The notes beneath the pieces are model-generated. The model was not told where the DNA came from. It searched no databases and saw only the letters and a program-made list of their open reading frames with translations. From Botryllus schlosseri (taxonomy: Eukaryota): a stretch of DNA of 64,000 nt. The stretch covers positions 25,792,001 to 25,856,000 of the forward strand of contig CM119373.1 of NCBI GenBank assembly GCA_051294905.1, given 5' to 3'. Of the stretch, positions 1 to 12,359 are shown one piece after another (position 1 is the stretch's first letter; every line of letters begins with the position of its first letter). Position numbers and translations under genes: made by a program.

Positions 1-2294
1 TCGATTTATTCATAAGTTTTGTTGAATGCGTGTCAATAAAGCAACACCTGATAATATCGCGGGATATCATATTGAAAAACAGTTATGGGCCCTCGCGTCG
101 CTATCCCCTCGAGATCGCGAGGACTTTACCGCCCATGCAGCGTCGCGTTTGACGCAATCGAACTGTCCGAATGCGTTCGGCAAGTCGCCTTTGATGGCCT
201 GAAGCCGTCTGTCAACGCCACGAAATTCCCAGTCGCGGTAACGGCGGATCTCTGTAGACTTGAATTTTTCCGTGCTGCTATATGTTGGTACTCTCCGTGG
301 GATGGAGGTTACCGGTGAGAGCGCATGACTTGATGCAGTTGATTGCCTTTATGAAGTTTGACCGTGTGTTTCCAATTTGTCGACTTCTCCTCTGACGAAA
401 TACTCGAAGGTTTTGCATACTTTCACTACGTACTCAAATGCTTATCGTTGTAGACTACTTCCACTTCTATAGAACGGTTATCAGTTATTCATGAAAATCT
501 AAGCCATAAATACCTACTTTTTATGTAAATAGTATCGAGTAATTATATCAGACCGTTCATTTTCTGGATCTAATTTTAATTTGTCTTCAAATGCGACTTT
601 AGAACCGCAGTGCTACTTTAATACACATGGTCGTATTCCCATAGCTGTAGTTTTGTTATTGCTGTGACGTCATGTTAAAGATATAATGCAGGCACCATAT
701 CATTGTCGTTAGATGGAGACAAGAGATGCGCGGCAAATGGTGTTATGCGGCGTACGTTACGATTATGGCACATGTTTTGCAATGTACGATATGTGAACCA
801 TGAAACGTGATGTAATATTGAAATACTTCAATCTGTACTCAACTAAATTAAGAAATACAGTAGGCCTATATTTTCCAGTGAAGCTCCTGATACATAGAAG
901 TGAGTTCTGTATTAGGCTAGCATGCGTCGATGATATCATTCATCGAGGGATCCATTGTCTCTTTTAAGAAGAGACTTGAATACTGAGACGACGTTAGCCG
1001 ATTATAGTAGCCTTCTTATCCATTGATTTGGCTGTTTATTCATTCGGCCGTTGACGTATTGGTTCATCAAATTTATTGGCAGAGATATTATATTAGCTAA
1101 CACATAGCTTTAGAAACAATGCCGCTAATAAATTATTATCGATAACAATGTAGTATTGATCGATATTTTTCTGTGTATATTATTTTTCAGATCTAGGGAA
1201 TGTGTTATTTTGCAGTTCCATATGAACCGTGCTAAAGTGGGTAGTTCAGCCAACAAAATTATAGGCAGACGCGTCTCGCTCATATAGAGGTGCGCATTAT
1301 GTGTTTTCGACTTATGTCTGCCCGTAGTTTGTGTTCATTGTCGTGGTGCATGTTGTATAGCGATATTTGCTAGTTGATGTGCTGTTCTGCGTAGTTTCCA
1401 TTGGACTTCACATGCAGTTTTGGACCGTGTGGTTGTATGACAATGATGTTATCGTTATCTAGCTGCCAGGACCAAAAGGGAGAACTAGTTTCGCAGACTG
1501 AACAATGCAGTAATCACCAAAAACATATAAACACGGCTGAATAAAGTGTAGCCTCTAATGTTCAATTCCGTATTCTTTGATTCCGCACACTCGTCGTATA
1601 CGACGGATATTATCAATTCATAATCTGACACTTGCATTATTCCTTGTTACCTTTATGCTACTGTCACCGCTAGAGGGATCGACGAGCTGTGAAATAAAAA
1701 CGTAGGCTACTGCTGCATGTTTCAGTGCATAACACGACTATACACGAAAATTATTTCATCTTGCACTCATAATTTTACAAGCCATTTTGACCACTAACCA
1801 CTAAACATAAATTATGCTACTGCGGTGGCAGACAGCTTTGTGCGACACCGACCAACGTCATGGCGGTAGCCCACGAATTTTCCGTCCAGATTCGCCCTTT
1901 CTGTGACTTCCCAATCGGCTATTTTGGGATTAACTCCACACCGCAGCGATATCGAGCCCGCCCAAGTGCGCTTACAATTCGCAGTGGTTATACAAAAAAG
2001 CCACGCTCCAAAAGGTCGTGCGTGAACTCGACTTAAGCCGAGATGTCTGCAGTGTGTCTGTGTGTAATCCCAGGTGCGTGGTTTCAGTGTAGCTATCTTG
2101 TAACGCCGTTCCAATGCGAAGACAGCGTCCTTGCTACGAACCCGTGATATGCCGTTGCGGTGCATTTCTTGATATCTCATTACTGATATAGACATGCGAT
2201 ACGCGTTTTGAGTTGGTTCTATGAATAACGAAGGCAAGAAGCGTCGTGGCGTGGCTTGATATCCAACATAAACTGGTGGCATGGTGGTCTAGTT

Positions 2295-3793
2295 CAGGGG
2301 TTCTCAACTTCCCTTGTACAACGGGCCGCATTTTTACAAATAAAGACGCTGCGGGCCGCAGAATATTATTATCATGTATTTGTTGGCTACTATTAAATTT
2401 AGGCTACTATAGCCTATTTACCAGTCGTAAACGGGCATTTAGTACATTTTCATGCATTCTAGAGAGCATTAATGGACAGCGCTCGTAAGTTTACAGTAAC
2501 TGTTTTTTTTTTGTGTGAGAACATGTATCTTCGAGCGGCGCAAGTAAATCCGCATATGGAGCCTGCATTGCATTCGTTTCCAAGTAGGTGTATGCACCCC
2601 AAACCTTTCCAACAGAGAACAGAACTCCATGTTTCAATGCGTGAGTGAGCAATTATGAGATAACGGTCACTCTTTCGTTACAGAGGCCATTATCATCACT
2701 TTCAGCTCTCAGTGATATGAGAAGAAGTCTGGTGTTCGGGGTCATTTCTGAGCAAACCAATCAACCCCTCTCCTTTCCTTCCATGGCTGATGGAGTCCTG
2801 CACCAATAGTTACAGGAGTCGGCTTTGTAAATTTGTTGTTTTTCGCATTTCCTCTGCAAATATGTATACTCTGATAAAATGCACCCGGATAATTAGCTAT
2901 GTCATGTCTGTGGAGTCGGTGGATTCGTCCAATGCTAGGCTAAAGTAGTCTATGCGGCAACGTGGTTCGGAAAATGCGATAAAAGATCGACTGGCATTGC
3001 TGTTACTCTTCTGGTCACGGTTGAATCAGACAACCGTAGCTTCGAAATTTATCAGGTCATATTGGCCTCGCTGCAAAGTTCTGGAAACAGCGAATATTCG
3101 CACAGCATGTTGGAGTCTTATTGAAATCACACTATCTCTAGCAGATTTCATGGGTTTAGCGATATTCTAAGCAATTTTGAACGATGCGTCTGTAACGTCG
3201 CTGCCAATTTTAACATTGCCCGAAATATGGATTGCTGGGCTTGCCATCAAGCTAGCTTCGTTTTTTCTAAGATTAGGCGATATGTGAAACTCCAGACGAA
3301 ACAGGCGTGTTATCATTTCAAGCTTCGACGCTTCGTTACGACAACTGTTCTTTGACAAATATGACACATCGATTTTCCATTTATATCTGGGAAAGCAGAT
3401 TCATTGCACGACGCAGAGTTACAAACCCAGCTTTCGACGTTCTCGTTTCTAGTAGGCTACTTGTTTCTGCTCAAATCATTCACGGTGTGTGAAACACTTT
3501 TTAAAAGTGTTCTACGCAGCGGGATTCTCTTGAAGCAGAATGCGGCCGAATACCGATTCAAAACAATAACAATCTAAATTTCTGCATAGGCCTATATCAA
3601 GAAACCAGAACACATCAAAGAATGAGTAATCAAACGAAACAGACAGTGCGATAAGGAAACTAATTAGCTAAATTAATATGTAACTATTCTGTGCCATTAT
3701 AGTAATTGCTTCCGCAATGAAAGATGTCGCGGGCCGCAAAATAAACGTCTGCGGGCCGCATGCGGCCCGCGGGCCGCGGGTTGAGAACCCCTG
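2295..3793 (+). mobile_element. Non-autonomous hAT (Buster/Charlie-type) DNA transposon, 1499 bp, both ends intact
   Basis: Perfect 14-bp TIR CAGGGGTTCTCAAC (2295-2308) / GTTGAGAACCCCTG (3780-3793); perfect 8-bp TSD GTCTAGTT at 2287-2294 and 3794-3801; subterminal GCGGGCCGC repeats at both ends including the palindrome GCGGGCCGCATGCGGCCCGC. Confidence 0.92.
2960..3560 (+). pseudogene. Possible heavily decayed hAT transposase C-terminal remnant inside the 2295-3793 element
   Basis: Frame-shifted peptides AIKDRLALLLLFWSRL, ISSRFHGFSDIL and RLLVS..FTVCETLFKS occur in the order expected for SPIN/Buster-type transposase C-termini (..F..KL.LW.., ..RF.DF.., ..STY.CE..FS). Weak, by-eye similarity only. 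Confidence 0.25.
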
Positions 3794-4539
3794 GTCTAGT
3801 TGCTAACAGTGAGCAGTGATAAAGCCACTCAGTCCCATATCCACCGGATCATAGGCAGATATGGCTTAAGTAATCAGCGTTGCTACTCAAGTCGGTTTAG
3901 AAGTAATGCCGTAAATGGCTACCAAACTACAACTAGAAGTATCGTGCTTTCCAAGACACGAAAAATCTTTAATCTACTGAAGTAAATACTTTTGGAAAGT
4001 GTCTCGTATGCCATGGCCCATTTGTCTGGTTGTTATCATAAGCAATCCAATTTTTTCCTTATGAAGTCTAAGACATAAAAAGGTTCGTTAGCGTCAACAC
4101 TGCCGAGTATAGCCGGAAGTAGCCTGAGACTATAAATCACTTGGGGATTATTGGAACTGGACAAACCTACTTTAAAACCCCCGAAAAGTAGAAATAGGCC
4201 TACTTCGTTCCTACCTACCCACCTCTGCATATCAACTGGGATGCACGTATAGGCCACTTGGTATATCATCTGGTGAGTGGTGATATTATGGTTATTCAGA
4301 TTTCTGATTTGTTTTCTTTCAAATCGTGTACGCTCGACTTGTTCGATTACTATATTACCGAGGTGCCGTCATAGTAATAGTCAACTCTGAACTTGATTTT
4401 GGTGTGCAGTCTATTTGTAATACACTGGTGACAGTGTAATTCGTAAAAACGATGTCGTTACAATCGGCAAACCCCTAATGGGTGTAAGGATAGTGATTGT
4501 ATTGTACTTCGATAGTGACGGTCCACCTATGGTCCAAGA

Positions 4540-5313
4540 CAGGGACGGGCAACATGCGGCCCGCGACGTGATTTTGAGCGGCCTGCAGGGAGTTTCCGGT
4601 CGTAAATGATGATGCGGCCCTCGGCCACAGTCTGCCGCAGTCACCCACAACTTGTTTACTACGTCAAATGATAGTGACTGTAAGTTATTCTTTAGCGTGT
4701 GTAGGCCTACTGTGTGTGTGTGAATGGGGTGCAAGAGTGGAGCTCATGCGTAAGTTCGTCAAAGCGAAAGGCTTGCATTACAGGCATTTACGCATGCACT
4801 CAACCCTTATGAATTGATATCTTGGTAAATTTGGAAAACATTCCAACCCCTTGTCCTTATACAATAGGCCTACATTATACCAGGGGCGCGCAACATACGA
4901 CCCGCGGTCACAGTCTGCCGCGATTCTCCACCACTTGCTCACTGCATCAAATTATAGTAATTGTAAGTTAACCATTCTCTTTGCACACAAATATAAGTGA
5001 TTTTTAGTTGTTCATTAGTTTTTTTGTTTTCTTTGCGTACGACATGCAGCCAGAGTTCAAAGAACCTGTTAACATCGTTGATCGACCACAGATGTCACTG
5101 ATATCAACAGCTATTGAAATACATTACATTCTTGAATTCATTGAATGCTGTTTTGGTTTCTACGCTTCAAACTTCAAACTTACATTAAATACGATTAGTC
5201 CTTGTATATATGTAGAGAAATACGCGTTTAATGTAGCGATTCCGGAATCCGGCCCTCCAAGCACTTCATTTTCCCATATCCGGCCCGCCGACATGAGAAG
5301 TGGCCCGCCCCTG
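4540..5313 (+). mobile_element. hAT-type MITE, 774 bp, containing a second internal copy of its own left end
   Basis: Left TIR CAGGGACGGGCAAC at 4540, right TIR GTGGCCCGCCCCTG ending 5313 (12/14 complementary); flanks GTCCAAGA / GTTCAAGG (6/8 TSD). Peptide QPEFKEPVNIVDRPQMS near 5045-5097 resembles Buster-type transposase C-termini (..PDF..L....Q.SH). Confidence 0.75.
4881..4980 (+). mobile_element. Internal duplicate left end of the 4540-5313 MITE family
   Basis: CAGGGGCGCGCAAC..CACAGTCTGCCGC..CAAAT.ATAGT.A.TGTAAGTTA aligns to 4540-4690 with a deletion of about 65 bp; its 8-bp flank CATTATAC does not match the right-hand TSD. Confidence 0.6.
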
Positions 5314-6224
5314 GTTCAAGGGATAGCGCGACCAGATTACTGACCTATCCTCGCACCGAACACAAGCACTTTGACAACACTTTTCATAGCTGCCAGATGA
5401 TGTTTTGCGCTCATTACTTTGTACAGATAGTCACAGACCTTGTATTATTCAGGATGGTGACTTTAAGGGTCTTTAGCTCTTTACATTCCTAGTTTATTGA
5501 CGTAAAAAATAGTGTCCCATGATGATGTATCACCCCTGCCATTATTTGTCATTGAAATCCAGCTCGGTGCCGACCGTGACGCATGTGGACGTGCTCGATT
5601 GGTTTTTTATAAGAAATGAGATATTATTCTAGGTTAATCATCACATTTTCGTTGAACTGGAAGTTATAAAAATTGATTGCAATCAACGTCAAAGCTGTCG
5701 GAAGTATCCGCGTTAAATTGATGTATTGGTGTTGATACGGTGACGTCATAATGAAGGTAGCGACGGGATATGAAATCGTCAAATCCGAGCATTTCCATTG
5801 TTGCTATAGTCATCGACCTACATTCAATGCAAAACTTCAAACATGGTCTGCAAATTTACTATGATATATCATACCTATTTCTGTATAAAGCTATACCATA
5901 GCAATGCGCACATAATAATTAACGACCCTGCATTGCGAAGGATGATGTTTGGCGTCAGTCTACCTATACACCAGCGACCCGCAATAATTTTGGGAAAGTT
6001 CTGGTTGCAAAAGTTTGAAAATTTGAAGGCATTGGTCAGGGGCGTCACTGGTCAGGTCATACAGATCTATTCTTTATGAAGTTAATTTTGAAAAACTCTT
6101 TACTCGCAGCTGTAAGTAGACCCAAACACTGTACTTTGGTTTTGCAAATCAACGATAATGGATTTCGTTTTGTTAAAAAAAACCATGTAGGCTTAAATAC
6201 TAACAAGGGTAAGATCCGGATCCA

Positions 6225-6275
6225 ACACTGAAAATATTGACATTCGGACCGTGGTCCGCCGGTTGAGGAGCGGTG
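6225..6275 (+). mobile_element. Degraded hAT-MITE right end (orphan)
   Basis: GATCCGGATCC..CGGACCGTGGTCCGCCGGTTGAGGAGCGGTG resembles hAT right termini; no partner end with a matching TSD found. Confidence 0.3.
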
Positions 6276-8248
6276 ACTTACAGTCTTTTACTGCAGCTAA
6301 AATTGGTTTGGGTTTCGGGATTTCTGATTTCAATAGCAAAATCCTGGTTCCTTACCTTACCACGTACCTACGTCTTGAATGTCTTTTACGGTGTTTAATT
6401 TATTAACATTAAACATTACCCTGAGTTCACTGGAGTTTGTATTGATATCGCCCGCATACTGCCGCCTCTATAACGAAGTGTTAGCCTTACCAAGTCCACC
6501 AACTGTTATATTTCTCCATCGCGACTCCATCCCACTCATTGGCGAGTTGAATTCCGTTTGCAAGCTGCCTCACGTAGCAGAGGTGTTTTGTTACGCCTTG
6601 GACACGGGTTACCAGTTCAGCATGTCATTCGCAGGTCGACTGGATTCTCAAGTTTCAAATCGACTTAACTGTGGCGCGCAAACTCATCAATCAAATCACT
6701 GAAAACGTGCTGAGATTGAAGTCATTTTTGCATCTCCCAGGGATTGAGCAGCGCAGCCATGCATTTGAGCAGACCTCGCATAGTTATCACACGTTGTCAG
6801 TAGCGAGTAGACGGGAAAAGTGTAAATTCACGATATTGGTTGGCAGTGCCATTATCGGCCAAACTCGCGAATACTATAACCATTATTACTGTGATTCTAA
6901 AACATTTTGGGCTGAGACCCAAATCTGATTTTATGAAGGCCTCAAGACTCGAGCATCACAATATGACAATGCACATGTTAAGTTGTTTCAGAAATGTAAG
7001 GAATATCCAATATTGATACAGCACATGCATATTATTTTCGTGTTCTAGGCTAGATTGGTTGTCTGATTGAACTCACCAAGTCTTTTACACGCTTTCCTAC
7101 CTTTTCATTGCATTGCAATCATGTGAAATAATGGAATTATCAAAAAGCGGACCATAGCAGAACAAGGCAATCAGTTGCAGTGATCAGTTAACAGGATTTA
7201 TCACGACAACATCACTGATCCAGTGTGATTGATGTGACTGAATCTATTCTTCGTATTACTTCCAAAGCACAGTGCCGAACCATGTCATCGATACGAACTC
7301 CTTGTAGGAGATTTTGAAGCCTACAAATCTTAAATCCTCGTAACTGACACTACCAAATGATTTACTATACTTTGTCATGAAAGATTGTTATGACCTTATG
7401 ATCAATAGCCGACTTCTATAAGTTGCCATTCTTGAGATCCCATTTCCTGATTCCCACAGTAACCCGTAACCAGCTCACCGGCAAGTAGCCGATGCATACG
7501 TTACCGTGATGTCGGAGATCGGACACCATTCGTATGTTTCCTTCTCTCTCTCTCGCTCTGACCTTTATGTCTATTAGGCCTACTTGCACAAATTAGAGCT
7601 TTAAAAACCGTATCGGGATAAATTTAGATGTTGATAAAAGTCTAATGCAGGTCCCTGTTTCGATTCGGAAGCTTACCAGGACTCTCGATTCATGGAATAG
7701 AATACACGGCTCAAAGAAATGACGAGGCCGCTACATTTGACATCACATTGGGTACAAGATCAACTAGATAGGCCTACTTCAAATATTATATTCGAGGCTT
7801 CCTCAGTTCTTCGTAATCGGTATGCGGAAAAAGATGTCTTTTGCTGCGCTAGTGTTTTCTCGATAATTACTAAATGTGGTAAAGTTCCCCTTATCCAACC
7901 CGTTTAATGCACATTCTGCAGTCAATCGAGGGCAGTATCGAGTAAACCATGACTTGCGTAAATACGTGCCGACATGTCGAAGAAATCAAATTTATTTCGG
8001 CATATCCATCACAAACGATTGTGCTAGTAATGAACACAAAACAATACTGCTCGGGAACGCCGGTAACGACCTGGTGTGGATGTGGGTACATCTTTAGACA
8101 TAGCATAGAATTGTGCATTCTGTATTGATTCGCTAAGTAAAATCAACCGTCCGGCTTCTTGGTAGGTAAGTCATGGATTCCATCCCTGGCCGGTTACGAT
8201 AAATGCTTGATCTTAAAACGAACTGATAACCGCGGCTTAACCTCTACA

Positions 8249-8346
8249 CCACTCGTCACTTCGGGGTAGATTATGGAGATTGAAAATGGTGCTGTAGCCA
8301 CTCGCCACTTCGTGGCATAACATGGAGATAGAAAATGGTGCTGTAG
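8249..8346. repeat. Two-copy 49-bp tandem repeat
   Basis: CCACTCGTCACTTCGGGGTAGATTATGGAGATTGAAAATGGTGCTGTAG (8249-8297) followed by CCACTCGCCACTTCGTGGCATAACATGGAGATAGAAAATGGTGCTGTAG (8298-8346). Confidence 0.85.
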
Positions 8347-11300
8347 TTTCCGTAAACTTACCATGGTGGTTTCGTATCTCGTTCGTCACGGCACCTTTGT
8401 TGCAGATGAAAATAAGAACAATTCCTTCCTTCCTCCTCGAACTATATTCTATATAGACAACAGCTGCATGGTGCGATTTATGAGAGTGGCAAGAAATATT
8501 TCGTGGGGCTAAGAGCTTCAAAGAGGTGTTCTGTCTGTTGTCAGTATCCCATCGCGGCGGTCTGTCCACATTCGTGTCAGATTTGTAGTATTTTACGCTA
8601 CATTCGTAATGCAGTATTGTGCGCCAAATGTATTCGACGGAACCGCCCTTATATGGCTGCATTTAGTGCACAATGGAGATGTCTCGTACGCGTCAAAATA
8701 TTGTCGGAATATCGACTTAGTCGATGATCTTTTATTGGAAAGTAGGCCCACCGAACTGAGCGTAGCAAGCAAACTAATTTCAGTAAATAGGCAAATTATT
8801 AAAGCTTCCAATGAACACCATCACCTCAATGAGGAACAATGCTTAGAAGTAACAAAGCAACCCAATGTTCGTAACATGAAGTAAACTGCCAAACGGACAG
8901 CTACATAGAAGCGGGCGAATATTTATGCTCATTTTATCCAATTCCTTCATCGTCTGGACAGGATACAATAAATGTCAAACGCTTCCAGCCAGAGGAGCTT
9001 GCACGTACGACCAGACCACCACTTATCCGGTTTCGAGTTTTGTCTTAACGCAACGCCCGAGAACACATCATAAATAGAGTAATGCCTTAACTGCTGCCTG
9101 TATCAGAAAATAAAATCATGAATCACAAATGTTATCTGATTTCGACAGAGTTCATAAGAATCCAATATAGTTTGAGCAGGGATATCTCTAACTCTAGCTA
9201 GATATCCCCGAGTGTGACATATCACACAGACACTTGAGGTCAGTGTTGGCCTGTTCACTGATGTGACGTTGGATGATAAAAGTACGCTCCCGAATAAAGT
9301 TATCCACTCGCCCAAGATCTCACTAAAGATACCAACCAACACTGTGCTCATAGAGATACTGATTGAAGGCAGAATTAAACTACCTATATATCATGCTGTC
9401 AACACGAGTGGAAGTTGTATTTGTGCGCAACACAAGCTAAGTAGCGGCGCTGAAATTTTCCGACTCGTTTATGCATTTGAAAGCGCCTTGTTTACCATAA
9501 CGAAGAGGGTCGACCGACGAGCAAACACTGCTACGTGACCGTTTTCGGTTCGAAATCACGTATTGTAACACAACAGTATGCCGCCTTCGCGGCGCTAGTT
9601 CTCACAGTGTGCGGACGCCATCAATTACAGCGTGCTCCTCAAGGCGTACACTTGTCCAAAAGCGAAATCAATAAAAGCCTGTTCGCTACTGTTATGAAAC
9701 GTGCCGGTTCAGATGCGCATATAAATTGGCGTTGGTTGTTAACAACAACGTGTAGCCAGAGTTGGTCAGTGATGAAATCGTCTACTTTATCATTAGAGTA
9801 CTCAACAAGTAGGTTCTGCCTTCTTCAGACCTTATTCAAGTTTTGTCTTTCGAATACTTCCATTCCCACTTCAGTTTTTGTAGGCATCACTGCACTACAG
9901 TATTTACTCCTATAATTTTGTAAAGAAGAAAGTACATTTGGTGCATGTTTGCATCCCTTTTCGGGAAACTGTCATTATAACCGGCGGAATAACCACTGTA
10001 ACGCAGTAACTGGATATATTATTAAGAGTATTTGTAGTTACGACGGTCATTTTGCGCTGGTCGCAAAGACGCATCTTGCAATCATCACGCTACATCCGCG
10101 TGAAGTAGCTTTGTCATGTCTTAGCAATGACTCTTGATACTTGTGATCGTGTAGAAACTGTGGCCACGCAGTCTGAGTGGTCTGAGAAGTAGCACTCGAT
10201 TGCGCTGGTGTGCCCCAGATGCCGTTATTTCACACCCCATTCACACCGGCTTTTGCATGATCCTCAGTGGGGAAAGCTCAAACTGTAAAACTCAAACACA
10301 AAGCTAGTTTTTCGTTGAAGATTCATTAGCAGACACTGGATCACACCAGCATTAAAGAAGTACATGCTATGCATTGTCTTTGCCCTCAGAACTGTAAAGG
10401 AATGGAGTTATCTTACCTTGACTGTCCAATGTGGATATATACACACCGTGTATCTAAAAGGTGTCCGACCTTCGTGTGTTAGTAACGGGAATACAATGCC
10501 ACGGTAAATTATAGAAGAATCCCGATAACAAAATCGATCACTCCGTAAATATGAACGTTGTGAGTGTATTTTCTGGTTGAGTAGGCCAGGGTGACATTTT
10601 CGACTGGTTCAATGTTGCTTTAATTACGCGTTTCCGCGTGCGACAGTGTGCGGTTCTCCTTAGTCTCGATTTGACCATGAATGGGTAAGAAAGATATTTC
10701 GAGTGTTTATCGAGGTCGGATTTGTCGGCATTATAGTGAATCAGATGATGTGACTAACTTCGCCGACGTCTGACGTCACGGGCCGCTAGCATAACAGCAC
10801 TTGTGTCTGTCGCGGGGGCGGCAGTCGACTCGCGAGAGACATCTAACGGAACTTGCTCGTAAAACTCGATGTGAGCTAATCTGGCCAATACCTTGGTGCA
10901 CATTCGAGAGACACAGCTTCTATACTTTATTAAAATATACCAGCCCAGTAAAAGACGCGTTTTTCGTGTAACACGGTTTTATCATGAGAGATATTTTCTC
11001 TGCGTTTGGAAGATGGAGAAACTAAAGTAGATATTTTGTTGTGGATAGATGTGTGTGTGTGCTTGCACGCGTGTAAGCATTCTTCGCTTGCCCTTTAGCG
11101 CAAATCGACGGATAAAGGGCAACGCGATACCGATTTATTTTTGTCAAATTAAGGTTCATAAGTTCATTCTGGCGCAGCATACTCGTGGATCTATGCTTGT
11201 CAAATGAGAAGTGTGAAAACACCGTTGCTAGCGCAGTTCGTTTTATATCGGCCATGTGACGTCATTGATGTTGTGACGTCGCGCAATAAGCATCCCTAGT

Positions 11301-11365
11301 GTCTTTGGCCAATATTGAATCTTATTTTTTATCGATTCGAGTTGTCATATAACAGCATGCATTAC

Positions 11366-11470
11366 CAGAGGTGGTCAAATTAGTAATATGTGGTACTCAA
11401 GTCGAAGTATAAAGTCGTAAATGTCTACTTAAGTACGAATGTAAGTAACGATAAGGTAAAAAGTAAGTAT
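11366..11470 (+). mobile_element. Orphan end of the CAGAGGTGG/TACTT-rich hAT-like family
   Basis: CAGAGGTGGTCAAATTAGT matches the reverse complement of the right end of the 53545-54764 element at 18/19 nt; followed by TACTCAAGT/AAGTA subterminal repeats. Confidence 0.7.
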
Positions 11471-12359
11471 TGCAGGCCAATAGAAACAGTTTCGCTATTA
11501 ACCCGTGACAACCTCTGGGCATGTCACAATACACCTTGTACGCCACACCACTGGGTAGGATAGCGACCGTACACCGCTTTATCCAAGCTTGTAAAAGCAT
11601 TCGTCGGGTTTGTAGCTGGGTCGTGCACATTCTGACGCATATTTCTGCGGTTTGTTGAATCCTTATGGCTCATATTCTTTTGGGGTCCGCTAAACTTTCG
11701 TGAAAACAAAGGCACTCGAGGTAAAAGCAGTAATCCATTAGGTTTCGGCCGATCGCCCCATTAAGCCCCAGTAACCCTCTATTTGAGCAGGTCTTAAGTA
11801 GCCTTGAAAGAGGCATCTCGGAAAAGCACGCGTTTATGATGGTTTGTTGCGAAAACACAGTTATGACGTTGATGGTTGTTACTGGGGGTCAGCGCTGCAT
11901 ATTGCTGCTATCGGCCTCGGACAGCTAAACTACAGGCGTTGCGAATGACTGATTGCCTATCAGTGGCCGACTGGCCGATGACTGATTAAACTCGATTGCC
12001 TTGGTTCTTAACCAGTGAACAACAAGGGAATTTCTATGTTGGCCGTAGAGCGATTTTTCAAGGCATGTAGTAGTTGAATGTTTGGCTCGTCTACCTATTT
12101 CAGAAAAGCTTGTACTCATATTGACAAATTAGTGTCACTCCAAGCTGATTGTAATCAGGAGCGAAAGTATGTAAATGTGGTGAGCCGGATTCGAAACATG
12201 GAAATAATTTTGTTTCTGTATCGCGAACATAAAAAACTAAATATGCACGGTGATGTCAAATGATAACCCACAGTTAACAGCAACGAGGCGAAATTCGACT
12301 GTAAAATAACGTAAAACCAACACGATAGTAATGATTACTGAGGTCAATCACCAACACTC

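Noticed and set aside
1812-2282. 156-aa minus-strand ORF
   Set aside because: No recognisable domain or coding-like composition; length is attainable by chance in GC-richer DNA.
6360-6560. Minus-strand donor/branch/acceptor set (GTAAGGCTAACACTTCGTTATAG) and downstream donors
   Set aside because: The implied intron would be only 23 nt and none of the peptides is recognisable.
10417-10453. 37-nt minus-strand candidate exon (TTTTAG| .. AAG|GTAAG), open in all frames
   Set aside because: Too short to distinguish from chance without partner exons or reads.
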